From positions 620,001 to 684,000 of the forward strand of contig NW_027590138.1 of assembly GCF_964213995.1 (NCBI RefSeq): a DNA stretch of 64,000 nt, written 5' to 3'. Under the pieces are notes generated by a model that saw nothing but the letters and a program-made list of their open reading frames with translations, was not told the origin of the DNA and did no database searches. A program made the translations under genes and the position numbers. Positions within the stretch are counted from its first letter, which is position 1. Each line of letters begins with the position of its first letter. Below are positions 62,541-64,000 of the stretch, piece after piece. Origin of the DNA: Mustelus asterias (Eukaryota).

Positions 62541-63909
62541 CTTCATGGACATATATAATATAGAGAAAGATAGAAAATAGGAGCACGAGTGGATCAGTCG
62601 ACACTTAAACCCTGCTCTGCCATTCGATACGAACGTGGCTGACCCTGTAACTCAACATCATACTAGCCCTCTCCTCATAATTCTTGACACCTTTAGAGTA
62701 TAGAAATATATATCATTTTAAAATATATTCACTGATTTCGCATCCACAAACTTCTGGGGTAGAGAATTACAGTTCTCCAGCCTCTGAGTCAAGACAAAAT
62801 GTCCTCATCTCAGAATTAAATGTCCAACCCTGAACACTGAAACTTTGCTCCCTTTTTCTGGACCCCACCCCGCCAAAGGAAACAATATCCCTGCATCCAG
62901 TCTGCTCATCACTGCTAAAATTCTGTATATTTCAATGACATCGCCTCTCATGTTCTAAACTCCAAGTGAATACAGATGCAGTCGCCTCTCCTGAAACGAC
63001 AATCCTGCCATCCTAATAATCAGTCTGGTGTACTTTTTCTGCACTCTTTCTATTGCAAGTGTATTTTTTCTTCGAAAGGGGACCAAAACTGCACACGATA
63101 TTAGATTTCATCAAAAAAGGATTGGATTTAGGAAATGTCTTAATGGAGGAAAGTGAGGTATTAAGTTGAAAAATGTTTCCTGATTTCGCTCCTGAAAGTC
63201 TTAAACATTAAACATCGTCAAAAATCCAATTTGCTTGAATCTTGAACTCCCCAACCAGCAGCAAATGTTCCTGTTTATCAACCCTCTCCGTTTGGGAATG
63301 ATTAAGTCACTCCTTAACTAAATTCCAGCGTTTTAGAGTTAAACATCATCTCCACTGTTAATCGGGTACTCTGAACATACATACAGCTTACAGAGTAAAA
63401 TTTCTTCTCCTCCTGCTCTGTTCAAGGAATTCTTAAATGCTGATTTTTAATTTTATGAAAACCAGAACAAAAATGTTGCCGGTTCTGATTGCGGACTCTT
63501 CTTTATTTCAATCCTGATCTCAGATCTTCACATTCAAACATGAATATTAAGCTCCGAATATATTTTTCGGTCTCTCAGTGTTTATGCATTCTGTCTTCTT
63601 TACCTGTCTAAAGAATTTGAATAAAGACATTCGTTGATCAATGCTTAGTCTTAGCATATGGACAATTATAAACAACATGGTTCATTGATTTTTAATTCTA
63701 AGGTGCGTTAACTTACATTTCCCTGCACTGAAAACATCCATTAGTTTTATCCATTCACAAAATATTAATATTTCTTTGCAATTTGATGCTTCCAGCTACG
63801 CTGCTTACAATGCTGTTTATTGTGTCATTTGCATATTCAGCATTCTATCACATTTTATCACATTGTCTTAATAAACACGACTACACTGCATATCATTCTG
63901 TATAGATAT

Positions 63910-63985
63910 ATATGTGCGTGCGTATTTGTGCGTGCATGTGCGCGTGCGTGTGTGTGTGTGTGTGTTTATGTGTGAGTGTGTTTGT
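63910..63985. repeat. (TG)n/(TGCG)n microsatellite
   Basis: Directly visible. Confidence 0.9.
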
Positions 63986-64000
63986 ACGTCTGTATGTCCA

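Noticed and set aside
60744-64000. TCR constant-region exon
   Set aside because: No Ig C1-set reading frame with splice sites found; the constant region is presumably outside the window

Overview
Vertebrate genomic DNA, almost certainly from a cartilaginous fish (shark), about two-thirds covered by retroelements: one full-length but broken Tx1-clade LINE, many CR1-type LINEs, tRNA-derived SINEs, Penelope-like fragments and a solo LTR. Between the repeats, all on the + strand, is a compact V(D)J antigen-receptor locus of the TCR delta type. In order it contains: (1) a complete NAR-TCR cassette (leader + IgNAR-like V, 12/12 D, 23-RSS J, then a leaderless supporting V-delta); (2) a TCR alpha/delta-type V with two extra cysteines; (3) an IgM-VH-like V; (4) one 12/23 D; (5) about 12 J or J-like segments, roughly half of them decayed. 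I found no constant-region exon, so the delta assignment is an inference from the architecture. NAR-TCR and IgH-like V segments in shark TCR delta are known biology. The most unusual things I can see are a tandem array of five 23-bp-spacer recombination signals (61-bp period) behind the supporting V-delta, a frameshifted relic leader in front of that V, and an inverted repeat with a perfect 59-bp core bracketing the D-J1 module. Gene-segment and RSS coordinates were counted by hand; repeat boundaries are approximate.
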